Below are positions 62,973-64,000 of a stretch of 64,000 nucleotides of DNA, piece after piece. The position numbers were made by a program, and so were the translations under genes. The stretch is from the NCBI GenBank assembly GCA_964553615.1, contig CAZKMA010000008.1:27667-91666 (forward strand), read 5' to 3'. Source of the DNA: an uncultured Spirochaetales bacterium (GTDB lineage: Bacteria; Spirochaetota; Spirochaetia; DSM-27196; DATKUC01). The notes beneath the pieces are model-generated. The model was not told the DNA's origin. It did no database searches and worked only from the letters and a program-made list of their open reading frames with translations. Position 1 is the first letter of the stretch; every line of letters begins with the position of its first letter.

Positions 62973-63002
62973 ACAATACTCAAGATCCGCGGGACTTGTC
63001 AA
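62973..63002 (-). promoter_or_regulatory. Sigma-70-type promoter of the tRNA-Gln/tRNA-Glu unit
   Basis: On the minus strand: TTGACA (63002-62997), an 18-nt spacer, then TATTGT (62978-62973), 23 nt before the tRNA 5' end. Confidence 0.45.
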
Positions 63003-63018
63003 CACCCGCGTGTCAGAT

Positions 63019-63546
63019 TCATTCTCCGTGATAATCAATAAGCGTTGAAACGGGCACAGTGCCGAGCAACTTTCGGTAGTTCAGGAAGGGCAGACCGATT
63101 ACGCTGAACACACCTGCCACTGTCGACCCGGTTTCCCGAATAATCTCCGCCGCGGCAGCAATTGTGCCGCCTGTGGCAATCAGATCGTCAACAATGAGCA
63201 TCCGCCTTTTCTCCCGCAGATCCACCCGCTTGATTTCAAGCGTATCCTGGCCATATTCGAGGGTAAATGCGCGGGATACCGTTTCCCCGGGCAGCTTCCC
63301 CTTCTTTCGTGCCAGAATCAGCGGCAGTCGCAATCTGAGAGCAAATGGCGCGGCAAAGAGGAATCCACGGGATTCAATGGCAACTACCGCGTCAATTGGA
63401 GCGTCCTCGTATCTCTGTACCATCTCATCTATGCAATACGAGAATGCCTTCGGTTCGGCGAGAATGCCGGTAATGTCGTAAAACAGTACCCCGGGGCGGG
63501 GAAAGTCCGGCACTTTCCGAATAGCTGCATCGAGATCCTGGGCCAT
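63019..63546 (-). CDS. apt: Adenine phosphoribosyltransferase
   Basis: IRKVPDFPRPGVLFYDIT and the PRPP motif LIVDDLIATGGT. The ATG at 63546 lies 5 nt after an AGGAG RBS. Confidence 0.9.
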   Translation of the reverse strand: MAQDLDAAIRKVPDFPRPGVLFYDITGILAEPKAFSYCIDEMVQRYEDAPIDAVVAIESRGFLFAAPFALRLRLPLILARKKGKLPGETVSRAFTLEYGQDTLEIKRVDLREKRRMLIVDDLIATGGTIAAAAEIIRETGSTVAGVFSVIGLPFLNYRKLLGTVPVSTLIDYHGE

Positions 63547-63612
63547 GGTGACTCCTGTGTTCTCTATCAATTGGGAAGGCAGCTAACACCGCCCGTGTGT
63601 CCGCATCTGCAC

Positions 63613-63990
63613 TCAGATTCTGGCAATCTCGTCATGCGTCTTGACAACATGTCCAACCCAGTTCCGAAGGATCCCCTCTGTTTTCGGATCGTCCCACGCG
63701 GAACGAACAATGAATCCGTCGTCTGCAAGCGTAATTTCCGATCCCTTCAGCATGATTTTCAGGTTTTTGAGCGATATCTCAGAGATGCTCGAGAACAACG
63801 CCGCAAGTCGCCCCGAAAGCTTCATGTCTCCCAGGTTCTGCCGAAACGACTGGAATCCTCCGTGCGCGAAATTTGCCTCGTCGTTCGACCCCAGCAGCAG
63901 GATATCGCAGGAAAGAAGCTGTAATGCCGTAGCCTGGGTCGCAGGAACCACGTTTACGAGGAAACGGTTCGGATCAAAGAGGGAAATCAT
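63613..63990 (-). CDS. Hypothetical protein (125 aa)
   Basis: Intact ORF with coding-like composition. No motif recognised. Confidence 0.4.
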   Translation of the reverse strand: MISLFDPNRFLVNVVPATQATALQLLSCDILLLGSNDEANFAHGGFQSFRQNLGDMKLSGRLAALFSSISEISLKNLKIMLKGSEITLADDGFIVRSAWDDPKTEGILRNWVGHVVKTHDEIARI

Positions 63991-64000
63991 TGAAGACGCC

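Overview
The window is a dense, mostly housekeeping chromosomal segment of roughly 55% GC (estimated by eye). I call about 50 CDS and 5 tRNA genes. There are no rRNA genes, no CRISPR array, and no recognisable defence island or prophage.

Gene content from left to right:
- The 3' end of a probable type III glutamine synthetase, then a lone tyrosine recombinase.
- A YejABEF-type peptide ABC importer and a secreted transglutaminase-like protein.
- RlmI, SppA, a Nudix hydrolase and a PduO-type adenosyltransferase.
- An nlpD-like gene followed by an rpoS-like sigma factor.
- tRNA-Asp and tRNA-Pro, a PpiD-like chaperone, a DUF115/Maf-like protein and LepA.
- A chemosensory-type operon: STAS, CheA, CheR, CheB and two REC-PAS kinase paralogues.
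- An HtrA-like lipoprotein, a TPR/Ca-repeat protein, FtsH, TilS, Pth, L25/Ctc, tRNA-Gln and SpoVG.
- A tiny hyper-acidic protein.
- The block RsfS, LCP, YqeK, NadD, Obg, L27, Prp and L21.
- A GT2 glycosyltransferase, GltD and GltB, ArgS, PgeF and a large hypothetical protein.
- CimA, CarB and CarA, tRNA-Glu and tRNA-Gln, and Apt.

The gene order (spoVG-ctc-pth, L21-Prp-L27 with an unextended L27, DUF115) looks Spirochaetota-like to me. That is inference only.

The most interesting points:
1. A previously unannotatable MITE-like structured element of about 155 bp is present twice. It has 15-bp terminal inverted repeats and 7-bp flanking direct repeats.
2. An Ile-rich leader peptide with a terminator and anti-terminator sits in front of citramalate synthase.
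3. An 89-aa protein is 65% Asp/Glu and has no basic residue.
4. The chemosensory module has no MCP, CheW or CheY gene. Its likely outputs are a REC-PAS pseudokinase and a hybrid kinase.
5. A Prp protease has an intact catalytic dyad, but the adjacent L27 has no propeptide.
6. A near-consensus sigma-54 promoter lies in front of gltBD.

I did not find a clear novel multi-gene system beyond these. All family calls rest on motif recognition by eye, not on searches.
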